Below are positions 36,626-46,457 of a DNA stretch of 64,000 nt, piece after piece. The first letter of the stretch is position 1; the number at the start of each line of letters is the position of its first letter. Below the pieces are notes generated by a model that worked only from the letters and a program-made list of their open reading frames with translations, had not been told where the DNA came from and ran no database searches. The DNA is taken from assembly GCA_002269645.1 (NCBI GenBank), contig NIVC01000305.1, positions 62,001 through 126,000 on the forward strand, written 5' to 3'. Origin of the DNA: Macrostomum lignano (lineage: Eukaryota). The position numbers were made by a program, and so were the translations under genes.

Positions 36626-37965
36626 GATTCGACAAACATGGCATGCAGAAACTCATGATGTGAAGAGAAATTCAAGGTTAAATTGTGCTAGTCAAAACTG
36701 CCAAATAACTCAATTTGTTCAACTTGGAAGCAAATTTGTAATACCTTTACCGACCTGAAGAAAGTAAATTACACAAATATAAAAACTTTTTTTATATATT
36801 TCTGCATTCTCAAAACATTCGTTTAACTGTCTTTGTTTAATTAAATACTCTACATGTAGAAAATTGGAAGCCTTGTGAATGATGTACTCGTAGTTTGCAG
36901 AAAGTCTGCTGTAAGAGATCCACACAGTGAGTCTCCATTGACATTCCTCCATCGATTAGTGGCTTCGCAAAACTAAAATTGGTATCTATGTTTAAACAAA
37001 TGCTCGCAAGCTAAAAAAGCTAAATAGACCCCGGTTCAATTCTGTGTGAGTTAATATTCATTTGGGCATGGATACAAACAAACTGACCAGGGGTTTTTGT
37101 GCAATTCACAGCCATGACATGAGGATCAACCCCCCCCCCCAATGATGAGTGTACATGCCTGACGATTGGAAAGTCAGGGCCGCTGTGTGCACCTTGTGTG
37201 AGTGCGTGCCTGTGTACTGTATTGGTGCGCTTGTATTGTGCTCAGGTTATCGGACACGATGTCCTCGAAGAGTGCTCAACAACCCTCACAAAATGATTAA
37301 TTTTGTTAAACCTTAAAACTCAAAACAACAATCAGACCTCAATCTACCTGCTAGTGACATTAGAATGTTGATGTTTATAGATACGAGATATTCGTAAATA
37401 CTCGTAAAAGAAGTTTTAGATTCGAACTCAGGGACAATTTAAGCTCCGTGTTGTTCTAGTTCAGTTGCAGTTTTCCGGTTTTCAATATTTAGTGTGCTAA
37501 GAGCTAAGAGCTATCACCGGTCAGTCTGTCATATTAGTTTCTATGGCTCAAACTGATCTCTGAGTAGTAATCGCTGCTATAGTAAAAAAGGCTAACATTG
37601 AAGAATGAAAATCACTAAAATACAAGCAGAAAATGCTTTGGGAGAAAGCTAAAAAACAGGCAAAAGCTTTTCTAAAATGTTTTAGTAAACTTTTAAAGAT
37701 ACAGCACAGACAGGAGCTAAGCTTCCTGTGCAGTGACCTGTGACTCGCGTCAAACGCAGCCTTCGCTTCCCACGCATCAGTCGCCCACGCGATCAAGCAC
37801 AATGGAGCTCAACAAGAATTTCTTTATTCAAGCGACCATTGTTTCCTTGCTAAGGCAGTTCAGTGGAAAACCTAATGCAGAAACGCCAGCAGCTCAATGC
37901 TCAACACTTTCTGCTGCTTCCTCATTTGTCTGAAAAGTTTTATTGTCTAAAACTTTTCCTTACAG

Positions 37966-39471
37966 AAAGTCAAGCGCTTGAGAGAGCAGAAAGGGAACTG
38001 GCCTCTCATCCAGCTGCAGAGGAAGTACTGGCCGCAGAGATGGCGCCAGCTATAGGGGGGCGCCAGCTACAGAGAGGTCGCCAGCAACAGAGGGGTCGCC
38101 AGCAACAGAGGGAGCGCAAGCTTCAGAGGGGGCGCCAGCTACACAGGGGGCGCCAGCTACAGATGGGGCGCCAGCTACAGATGGGGCGCCAGCTACAGAG
38201 GGGGCGCCAGCTACAGATGGGGCGCCAGCTACAGAGGGGGCGCCAGCTACAGATGCGGCGCCAGCTACAGAGGGGGCGCCAGCGCCAGCTACAGAGGGGT
38301 CGCCAGCTACAGAGGGGGCGCCAGCTACAGAGGGGGCGCCAGCTACAGAGGGGGCGCCAGCGCCAGCTACAGAGGGGTCGCCAGCTACAGAGGGGTCGCC
38401 AGCAACAGAGGGAGCGCCAGCTTCAGAGGGGGCGCCAGCTACAGAGGGGGCGCCAGCTACAGAGGGGGCGCCAGCTACAGATGGGGCGCCAGCTACAGAG
38501 GGGGCGCCAGCTACAGATGGGGCGCCAGCTACAGAGGGGGCGCCAGCTACAGATGCGGCGCCAGCTACAGAGGGGGCGCCAGCTACAGATGGGGCGCCAG
38601 CTACAGAGGGGGCGCCAGCTACAGATGCGGCGCCAGCTACAGAGGGGGCGCCAGCTACAGAAGGGGCGCCAGCTACACAGGGGGCGCCAGCTACACAGGG
38701 GGCGCCAGCTACAGAGGGGGCGCCAGCTACAGAAAGGGCGCCAGCTACAGAGGGGGCGTCAGCTACAGAGGGGGCGCCAGCTACAGAGGGGGCGCCAGCT
38801 ACAGAGGGGGCGCCAGCTACAGAGGGGGCGCCAGCTATAGAGGGGGCGCCAGCTACAGAGTGGGGCGCCAGCTACAGAGGGGGCGCCAGATACAGAGGGG
38901 GCGCCAGCTACAGAGGGGGCGCCAGCTATAGAGGGAGCGCCAGCTACAGGGGGGGCGCCAGTGCCAGCTACAGAGGGGGCGCCAGCGCCAGCTACAGAGG
39001 GGTCGCCAGCTACAGAGGGGGCGCCAGCTACAGAGGGGGCGCCAGCTACAGAGGGGGCGCCAGCTACAGAGGGGGCGCCAGCTACAGAGGGGGCGCCAGC
39101 TAAAGAAGGGGCAGCAGCTACAGAGGGAGCGCCAGCTACAGAGGGGGCGCCAGCGCCAGCTACAGAGGGGGCGCCAGCGCCAGCTACAGAGGGGTCGCCA
39201 GCTACAGAGGGGGCGCCAGCTACAGAGGGGGCGCCAGCTACAGAGGGGGCGCCAGCTACAGAAGGGGCACCAGCTACAATCCTAAAAAGGATTGAGCAAG
39301 CTACAATGAGCAGTTCGCGTCAGTGAGTCAGCTCATAAATATAAGCTTGTGAGCAACAATCCTTTTTTGATAATATTCAGGACCAGGTGGGAAAACCTCT
39401 CATGCCACGCAGCACATCGTAGCATGCAAAAATGCAAAAGAGGAACCCTGAACACAGACAGTTTCAGCTAA
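37966..39471 (+). CDS. Probable (APATEG)n repeat protein: repeat exon 37966-39322 and terminal exon 39381-39471; 5' exon(s) uncertain
   Basis: Acceptor TTTCCTTACAG, donor CA|GTGAGT, acceptor ATATTCAG with matching phase. About 68 units of 18 bp (38044-39277) whose variants are silent or conservative in the APATEG frame. Compensating indels at about 38057 (-1) and 38861 (+1). Confidence 0.55.
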
Positions 39472-39664
39472 ATCCAGTCGAGCTGTGAATATTTATGATG
39501 CTAACAAAACAACAAAAGGAACACATACAATGCTCTGTTTATTAGGCCTATCAATAAGCAAGTTAAAGAATCTGCACTGTACAATCTGATAAATCAATTT
39601 CTACTGCAAAGGCTATCACAGCTACTGACAGTAGCCAACCCTGAACAAAATATCCAAAACCGAT

Positions 39665-39890
39665 TCATGAGATAGCAAGCGACCCCGAATCAACGTCAGA
39701 GCCATCCTCAGCAATCGCAGTCACCAGCCACTGTCGGCGGTCAACATCAAAGCGAAGCCGCAACTTGCTGGCCAAACTACTGCCAGAAGGCGGCGGCAAC
39801 TTCAAACGAATCGGCGGCTCGGCAAAGTGACCAAAGAAGGTCAATTCCAAATCCGCGCCCAACGGCACATCGAACGGCTCTCGATCAATG
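39665..39890 (-). pseudogene. Duplicated 3' end of the sirtuin gene
   Basis: IDREPFDVPLGADLELTFFGHFAEPP...GSLAIS* is near-identical to 51364-51589; similarity stops at 39890. Confidence 0.85.
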
Positions 39891-40441
39891 GGCTGCGGTT
39901 TGCGATGGGTTTGCACTTGAGCAAACCGGCTTTAGTGCCCAAGCGCGCTCCTTCTGTGCGCCCCCCCGCGTGTGTACATTCTGTTTCGTGTTGGTTAGGT
40001 GGGCACCCACTCCTTCGCCGGCTGGGGAGGGTATTTTATTCCAGCCGCGCTGCTGAGCAGGCAGTTTTTTGCCGCTTTTTTATCCCTGTTTTTTATGTGC
40101 CCAGAAATATAAGGATAGAGGTCTCGCTGCTGCTTTCGCTTTCGCCAACATCGCGTCTTCGTGTTTTTCTTTGGGGCATGTAGTGTAGTTCAGTGCGATG
40201 TACGAGCGTACAATATTGGCGCGCAAATATTATTAGTCACGTGTTGCAATGTATTACGTAAGACTCACGCGCACTTACTCTTCACATATATAAATATACT
40301 TGCAGGGCAAGTCGGCCCATTTCTAAGATTCTTCGTGCACTCGCAAACCCTCCGATTTTGTCTGAGTCACTACATGGCGTCGCAAGCAAACTATTGACTG
40401 ATCATCACTCTCTAACCCAGCGCGGTTCCAGCCACACAAAC

Positions 40442-41158
40442 ATGGCCCAAGCTTTGCAACTCACTGCACCAGATGCATTTGATATCGATAGCGATCCACT
40501 CACACGAGCCCAGAGATGGAAGACTTGGGCACGGAGGTTCAATAGCTACATTCGCGCTGCTGGCATCACAGATGCGACACAACAGCTGGAGTTGCTGGTC
40601 TACACAGCGGGAGAGAAGTTGGAAGACTTTATGGAAGACAACAGTGTTCAAAAAGGAAAATCTACAAACGAGCTCATCCAAAAGCTACAAGAGATCTTCG
40701 ACCAGAAAAACAGCGTCGTCTTCCTCCGGTACCAGTTCGAGACCTGCAGACAGGAGGAGGGGGAGTCCATCGATGCGTGGTACCATCGGCTGCGCAAGGC
40801 CGCGGATCAATGCGAATTCGGAGAACTACGGGACTCTCTCATCAGGGACAAGGTGGTCGCCCACTACCGATCGGAGAAGATCAGAAGGGAGCTCCTTCAG
40901 CTGAACGATATCTGTCTAGCTGACGTACTGAAGCGAATCCGAGCAAGGGAAGCTGCGGAGCAACAGGCTCAGGCCATGGAAGAAAACAGCTCAGGTGGCG
41001 CCGCCGCCATGACGACCGCGAACGTGGCTGTTGCTCCGTTCTCGCCCACCCCGAGCACGACCGTCGCAGCCATTCAGAAGGGATCCTGCAATGAAGGACG
41101 GTGGCATCAGCTGCGAGCGCTGCGGACGGCCGGGTCATCGAACGTGCGAGGCTGCTAG
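40442..41158 (+). CDS. gag: Gypsy gag (capsid part)
   Basis: MAQALQLTAP...WKTWARRF...FETCRQEEGESIDAWYHRLRKAADQCEFG...LIRDKVV. Confidence 0.85.
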   Translation: MAQALQLTAPDAFDIDSDPLTRAQRWKTWARRFNSYIRAAGITDATQQLELLVYTAGEKLEDFMEDNSVQKGKSTNELIQKLQEIFDQKNSVVFLRYQFETCRQEEGESIDAWYHRLRKAADQCEFGELRDSLIRDKVVAHYRSEKIRRELLQLNDICLADVLKRIRAREAAEQQAQAMEENSSGGAAAMTTANVAVAPFSPTPSTTVAAIQKGSCNEGRWHQLRALRTAGSSNVRGC

Positions 41159-44100
41159 AGACAAGGCATGTCGACGCTGCGGTAAGATTGGCCATTTCGC
41201 CCGGGCATGTCGGGGAACGTCCAGAATACCCGTGAGAGCTGTCAACGAACCGGACGATCGCTCCTACGGGCAAGTCGAATATCTGCAGGACAACTCCACT
41301 GAGCACGAGCTTTTCAGCCTCCGAAATAGCGGATCAGCATGGACTCAAGCCACCGTCAACGGATTCAAGACAACCCTGCTTATCGACAGTGGAGCGGCCT
41401 GCAACATCATCGACAGGGAGGCCTTCAAAAGGATGCCACAGAAGGCCAGGCTCCAAGCAGCCAGTGATCGGGTCTATCCCTATGGAAGCCAACAGCCACT
41501 GAAGCTGCTCGGCAAGACCGACCTACAGGTCAGCGTTTTCGGTTGCCAGGAGACGCTTCCGTTCCTGGTGCTGGACGGAAAGGGTGCTTGCATAATAGGC
41601 CGCAGGAGCGCGGAAGACCTAGGAGTTCTGCGAGTCGGCCCGGAAGACAAGGCAGCGTGTGAGCTACGCTCGGAGTGTCCGACTGACAGGCTGCTAGCCG
41701 GCGTTCCAAAAGACCTTCGGCAGTCCCCAGGTGCTCCATCTTTAGACGAAATCCTCAAGGAAAATGCACAGGCCTTCGACGGAATCGGCTGTCTTAAGAA
41801 CTACGCAGCCCGCATCTTCCTGGAAGAGGGCGCAAGACCAGTGTGCCATCCACCATCAAGAGTGCCAATTCACCTCGCCCCAGCAGTGGACGCCGAGCTC
41901 CAGTACCTAGAAGAACAAGGCATCATTGAGCCAGTGGAGGGACCCTGCCCGTGGGTTTCTCGTATCGTCGTCGTCCCCAAAGAAGCTCCTGGCGAGATCA
42001 GGATCACTCAGGATCTGAGGGAGCTAAACAAGTCTGTCGTCAGGGAGCGACACCCAATACCGACCTTTGAGGAGGTAACAGGCGACATGGCAGGAGCGAC
42101 GCTGTTCTCAGAGTTGGACGTCGCAAAAGCATTCTATCAAATCCCTGTGTCAGAGGAGTGCCGGCATCTTCTAACTTTTTCAACGCCTCGAGGTCTTCGG
42201 CGGCTGACGAGACTCTGCATGGGGCTATCAACGGCGCAGGAAATTCTTCAAGCTGTTATGTCATCCGTGCTGGCTGGACTTTCAAAAGTAAAATGGATCC
42301 ACGATGACATTATTGTCTATGGCCACAGCGTGGCGGAGCATCACAACAATCTGCGGGAGTGCCTCCAGCGGCTGGCGCAGCACGGACTGACGCTCAACCC
42401 GGCCAAGTGCAAGCTGGCGCGAACGCAAGTCACCTTCATGGGGATGCGACTGTCGAGGGGCGGAGTCAGGCCAACCGAGTCAAAGCTAGAGGCAGTTAAT
42501 GCATTTGCAGAGCCAACGAATGTCACGGAGGTGCGCTCGTTCTTGGGACTTGTCAACTACCTGGCCGCATTCACCCCGAGGCTGGCGGACCTGGCAAAGC
42601 CGCTGCGCAACCTGACAAGGAAGGGCCAGCCCTGGGCATGGGCCGATCTGGAAAGACAAGCCTTCAGCGACATCAAGTCTCAAATCGCGTCAAGTGGCTC
42701 TCTTGCCTTTTTCAACCATCGCCTTCCGACGCAACTCATTGTCGACGCTGGGCCAGCGGGGCTGGGTGCAATCCTGTCACAGACACAATCGGACGGAACC
42801 AGGCGGCCCATCGCATACGCTAGCCGGACACTGTCGGACGTTGAGCAACGCTATTCCCAAACAGAGAAAGAGGCGTTGGCCGTGAAGTTCGGCTGTTTAA
42901 AGTTTCAATTCTACCTCCACGGCGCGCCGATGTTCACGGTGCAAACCGACCACAAGCCACTGGTTGCTCTGTTCGGCAGCAGTTCGAGACCCCCTCCGAG
43001 AATCGAAAGGATGGCATTGCGCATTCAGCATATGAAATTCACAGTCGAGTACCAGCCGGGCCCGCTCAACCCGGCAGACGTGCTCAGCCGACAGCCACTG
43101 CCGACACCCGCACCGAATGTGGGCGAAGAGCTGGATGCACTTTCCATCGCCGCTGTTGTACAGGCGGCCGTACCAAATGCGCTGTCACTGACCAGCGTAC
43201 AGAACAGCTCGCAAAAGGACGCAACAATTCAAGCGGCGATTCGCGTCTTAGAGACAGGGCGGTGGAGCCTGGAGTCAGCAGAACTGCGGTCGCTGCATGC
43301 GCTGCGTCACGAACTGTCGGCAGTGGACGGGGTGCTCCTACGGGGCCAGCGGATCATCGTCCCGGTGGCGCTCCGACGGCTTGTACTGGATCTAGCGCAC
43401 CGGGGGCACCAGTGCACACGTAAGACGCTGGACCGGCTGAACACCAAGGTCTGGTGGCCAAGGATGCAACTGGAGACGGAGCGCTTCATAGCCACGTGCC
43501 GGGCCTGCATGGCGACCTCGCATGCCGCTGACGTGACTGCATCACCGCTAAAGCCGACGCCCATCCCGAAGGCGGCCTGGCTGACGCTCGGGGCGGATCT
43601 GCTAGGACCCATTCAAGGCAGCATGCTGCTAGTCTGCGTCGATCAATACTCCCGATTTCCCGAGGTGGAGGTTGTCCAGACCACGACGGCTGAGGCGCTA
43701 ATCCCTCGACTGAGGAGTTCATTCGTCCGGTTTGGAATCCCTCAAACGTTAGTTACTGACAACGGCCCACCGTTCTCTTCAGCCCAGTTCAAGAGCTTCC
43801 TGGACAGCTACGGAATTCGGCAGCGCCTCATCACACCGTTACATCCACAGGCCAACGGCGCCACCGAGCGTTTGAATCGTTCCATCAACAAGGTGGTGCG
43901 CGCTGCGATCGCACAGAAGCGCGACTGGAGAGCGGCCCTTGACGAGTGGCTGCTGGCCTATCGGTGCACGCCTCAGCGAACAACTGGACGGGCGCCTGCC
44001 GAGCTCCTCATGGGTCGCGTGCTGAACGACTCCATCCCGTCGGTCAGACCGTCGAGACCGGTGGCCATCGCAGACCGGCAGCTTCGGCAGCGCGACGCAC

Positions 44101-44489
44101 TTCGAAAGGCGCAAGGCAAGCTCTACACAGACCGGAAGCGACTGGCGAGACCGCACAAGCTCAAGGTTGGCGACACAGTGCTGCGGCGGCGACTGAATCC
44201 GCTCAAGGGAGACACGCCGTTCGAGTGGGACCCCTGGCTCATCGAGGAGATCAAGGCGGACTCGGCGACGATACGACAGGGTGCCAGAGTTTGCAGGCGG
44301 CACTGCACCGACCTAAAGCGAGTGGCACCGGAGTCCGAGCCTGACAATCTGGGCGAGCTGGCAGCGATGCCGCAACCGGAAGTGAATGCGCCTCCGCCGC
44401 AGCCAGCCGCAGGCGAGCGAGCGGCCTCGCCCATTGCGTTGCGGCCACATCCCCGGGCGGCGAAGGTGAACGTGAACTACAAGGCTTGA
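41013..44489 (+). CDS. pol: Gypsy pol with Zn knuckles at its N-terminus: NC-PR-RT-RH-IN
   Basis: CERCGRPGH and CRRCGKIGHFARAC; PR IDSGA; RT WIHDD; RH VDAG, TEKEALA, TDHKPL; IN HRGH/CRAC, ADL, TDNG, GATER. Frame open from 41013. Confidence 0.92.
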   Translation, partial: RPRTWLLLRSRPPRARPSQPFRRDPAMKDGGISCERCGRPGHRTCEAARDKACRRCGKIGHFARACRGTSRIPVRAVNEPDDRSYGQVEYLQDNSTEHELFSLRNSGSAWTQATVNGFKTTLLIDSGAACNIIDREAFKRMPQKARLQAASDRVYPYGSQQPLKLLGKTDLQVSVFGCQETLPFLVLDGKGACIIGRRSAEDLGVLRVGPEDKAACELRSECPTDRLLAGVPKDLRQSPGAPSLDEILKENAQAFDGIGCLKNYAARIFLEEGARPVCHPPSRVPIHLAPAVDAELQYLEEQGIIEPVEGPCPWVSRIVVVPKEAPGEIRITQDLRELNKSVVRERHPIPTFEEVTGDMAGATLFSELDVAKAFYQIPVSEECRHLLTFSTPRGLRRLTRLCMGLSTAQEILQAVMSSVLAGLSKVKWIHDDIIVYGHSVAEHHNNLRECLQRLAQHGLTLNPAKCKLARTQVTFMGMRLSRGGVRPTESKLEAVNAFAEPTNVTEVRSFLGLVNYLAAFTPRLADLAKPLRNLTRKGQPWAWADLERQAFSDIKSQIASSGSLAFFNHRLPTQLIVDAGPAGLGAILSQTQSDGTRRPIAYASRTLSDVEQRYSQTEKEALAVKFGCLKFQFYLHGAPMFTVQTDHKPLVALFGSSSRPPPRIERMALRIQHMKFTVEYQPGPLNPADVLSRQPLPTPAPNVGEELDALSIAAVVQAAVPNALSLTSVQNSSQKDATIQAAIRVLETGRWSLESAELRSLHALRHELSAVDGVLLRGQRIIVPVALRRLVLDLAHRGHQCTRKTLDRLNTKVWWPRMQLETERFIATCRACMATSHAADVTASPLKPTPIPKAAWLTLGADLLGPIQGSMLLVCVDQYSRFPEVEVVQTTTAEALIPRLRSSFVRFGIPQTLVTDNGPPFSSAQFKSFLDSYGIRQRLITPLHPQANGATERLNRSINKVVRAAIAQKRDWRAALDEWLLAYRCTPQRTTGRAPAELLMGRVLNDSIPSVRPSRPVAIADRQLRQRDALRKAQGKLYTDRKRLARPHKLKVGDTVLRRRLNPLKGDTPFEWDPWLIEEIKADSATIRQGARVCRRHCTDLKRVAPESEPDNLGELAAMPQPEVNAPPPQPAAGERAASPIALRPHPRAAKVNVNYKA

Positions 44490-45299
44490 AAAAGGTTTTT
44501 GTTAAACGGTAGCATCTGATTTTTTGTATTTTTTGCTGGACTTTTGCTAAAATTGTAACAGAATGAAATTTAACAAAAACAGATTTTTTTAAACCCAACT
44601 TTAAAAGTTTGCTTTTAAGCCGTATTTGAGGAGAGATGTAGTGTAGTTCAGTGCGATGTACGAGCGTACAATATTGGCGCGCAAATATTATTAGTCACGT
44701 GTTGCAATGTATTACGTAAGACTCACGCGCACTTACTCTTCACATATATAAATATACTTGCAGGGCAAGTCGGCCCATTTCTAAGATTCTTCGTGCACTC
44801 GCAAACCCTCCGATTTTGTCTGAGTCACTACATGGCACTAAATTGAATTTGAACAGTTTAAAGTTAAACAGTTTAAAGTTGAACTTAGCGAACTGTTTAA
44901 GAATGCAATATTCCTGCACGCTCGTGTTCTTGCCATAGACACGAATTGTCGTACAGGAAGAGCATTGTCTTTTGACCATAGACAAAGTCATTCCTGCACG
45001 GCAAGTTAAACGAGAAACGAAAAGAGACGAAAAGTTTGAGGAGGGGTTGGAAATTTTTATAAAAGCTCAAATTCAGCTTCAACGATGGCTTCTGTCATCG
45101 AATTGTCTCGGAATCCGGAACTACTCGTAATTGATATGCGCTACGCAACAGTGTTTGGATGTAGTGAAGAAGAAATGTCAATCGAAGCTACTTCTAGCAG
45201 TTTAGATCGAGAGGGCGAGCGATGAACTAACTGCACTGGTAGCGTATTGCACGTTTGACAAAGAATTAGAAAGACTTGTCAGCTCGGATCCGGAAAATA

Positions 45300-45560
45300 T
45301 GTGTACCCTGATGGATTAGAAAGTCTGGCCGCCCAACTGGCTTTGATCAACCGCTTCACGACCTGGTTGGCATGCAGAGAGCAATTTAAAGCTGAATTAC
45401 GCGACTGCCCCGGTCAAAGAAATAGCCAAATGGATCCGTTGTACTCTTATGCGTCTCAGCGCAAGTCGGGTGGCAGGTTCTATTCGCCCAATACTATTGT
45501 CAGAATGCGAGCCGCACTATTCAGATACTTTATGAAATTGCGTGGACTTAACACTGGACT
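45300..45560 (+). mobile_element. Crypton-like recombinase N-terminal remnant with its upstream region (about 44905-45290)
   Basis: QRKSGGRFYSPNTIVRMRAALFRYF resembles the RK.DG..Y.P.SL..IRAAL.R motif of Crypton/DUF3504 proteins. Confidence 0.55.
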
Positions 45561-45639
45561 TATCCTGAGAAGGTCATTGATTCCTCCTGTCGAAGACGAT
45601 GGAGTCCGGGGGCTTGTTGCTAGCGATCCGAGATACTGG

Positions 45640-45800
45640 AAGTCCTGTATTGCGCAGGTTGACCACCAGCCCCACCCGATCGCCCTCCTCACAGAGCTGG
45701 GAAAGAGCGCGCTGGGCAGCAGCTGGGTCGCGACAGAGGAGCGTGATGTGATCAGCATACACGAGAGCAGGCAGCCGAACAGCAGGAACAGAGGAACAGC
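45640..45800 (-). mobile_element. LINE reverse transcriptase fragment
   Basis: LPALVYADHITLLCRDPAAAQRALSQLCEEGDRVGLVVNLRNT (YADD-region variant). Confidence 0.65.
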
Positions 45801-46457
45801 AGAACAACATTTAATATTTATATAAACCAGTATTAACAAAAGTTGGTGTTTGCGATAACAAAAATAAACAGCTTGAAAGCCAGAAGACCTGCTATAGTAT
45901 ACATTAGCTGGCACAATATATAATAGATCGTATAATATAGAAACTGATAGATAGATGTATTACTCCTTTTTAAATCAAGCAATAAGCAAAGTTATTTAAA
46001 TTTAGAAATCTTATGCTGTCAATAATTTCCTCGAAAATGTCCGTAAAGTGTAACCCAAAGATGTTGGGTTGGGGTTTAAATAGAGGTTAAACAAAATATC
46101 TAAAAGAAGTGACTATACTACTAGCTGCATTGTACTACTGCAGGAAAGAATCTAAAAAGTGTGCTTTAAGGTATGCTGCCACACTTACCACTATATTAAT
46201 ATTATTAATAGATAAATAGATATAACTATATAGATAATAAAAATGACTGCGACATCTCGATAACAACAAGGAATTAAAAACATACTAACAACTTTTGCAA
46301 ACTTCTGGGGACACAAAGTTTAACATCATTATAGAAAAATGCCCCCCCCCATGGTATCCACTTCACATAAAGTCTTTAAGAAGAAGTTAATTCTAGTCGT
46401 AAAAATAGTCAAGCTCTGGTTTTTCAAACTCTTCCTCTTTAATTAGACGTCCTTGGC

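Larger units (their letters stand above)
40179..44832 (+). mobile_element. Full-length young Ty3/Gypsy LTR retrotransposon
   Basis: Identical 196-bp LTRs at 40179-40374 and 44637-44832 (TGTAGTG...CACTACA), PBS TGGCGTC, PPT TGAGGAGAGA, imperfect 5-bp TSD GGGCA/TGGCA. Confidence 0.95.

Noticed and set aside
37863-38840. 325-aa ORF of RQLQRG repeats
   Set aside because: Variants are non-synonymous or create stops in this frame but are silent in the APATEG frame; likely the wrong frame.
41480-44598. Many small antisense or alternative-frame ORFs over pol
   Set aside because: Expected shadows of a GC-rich long ORF.
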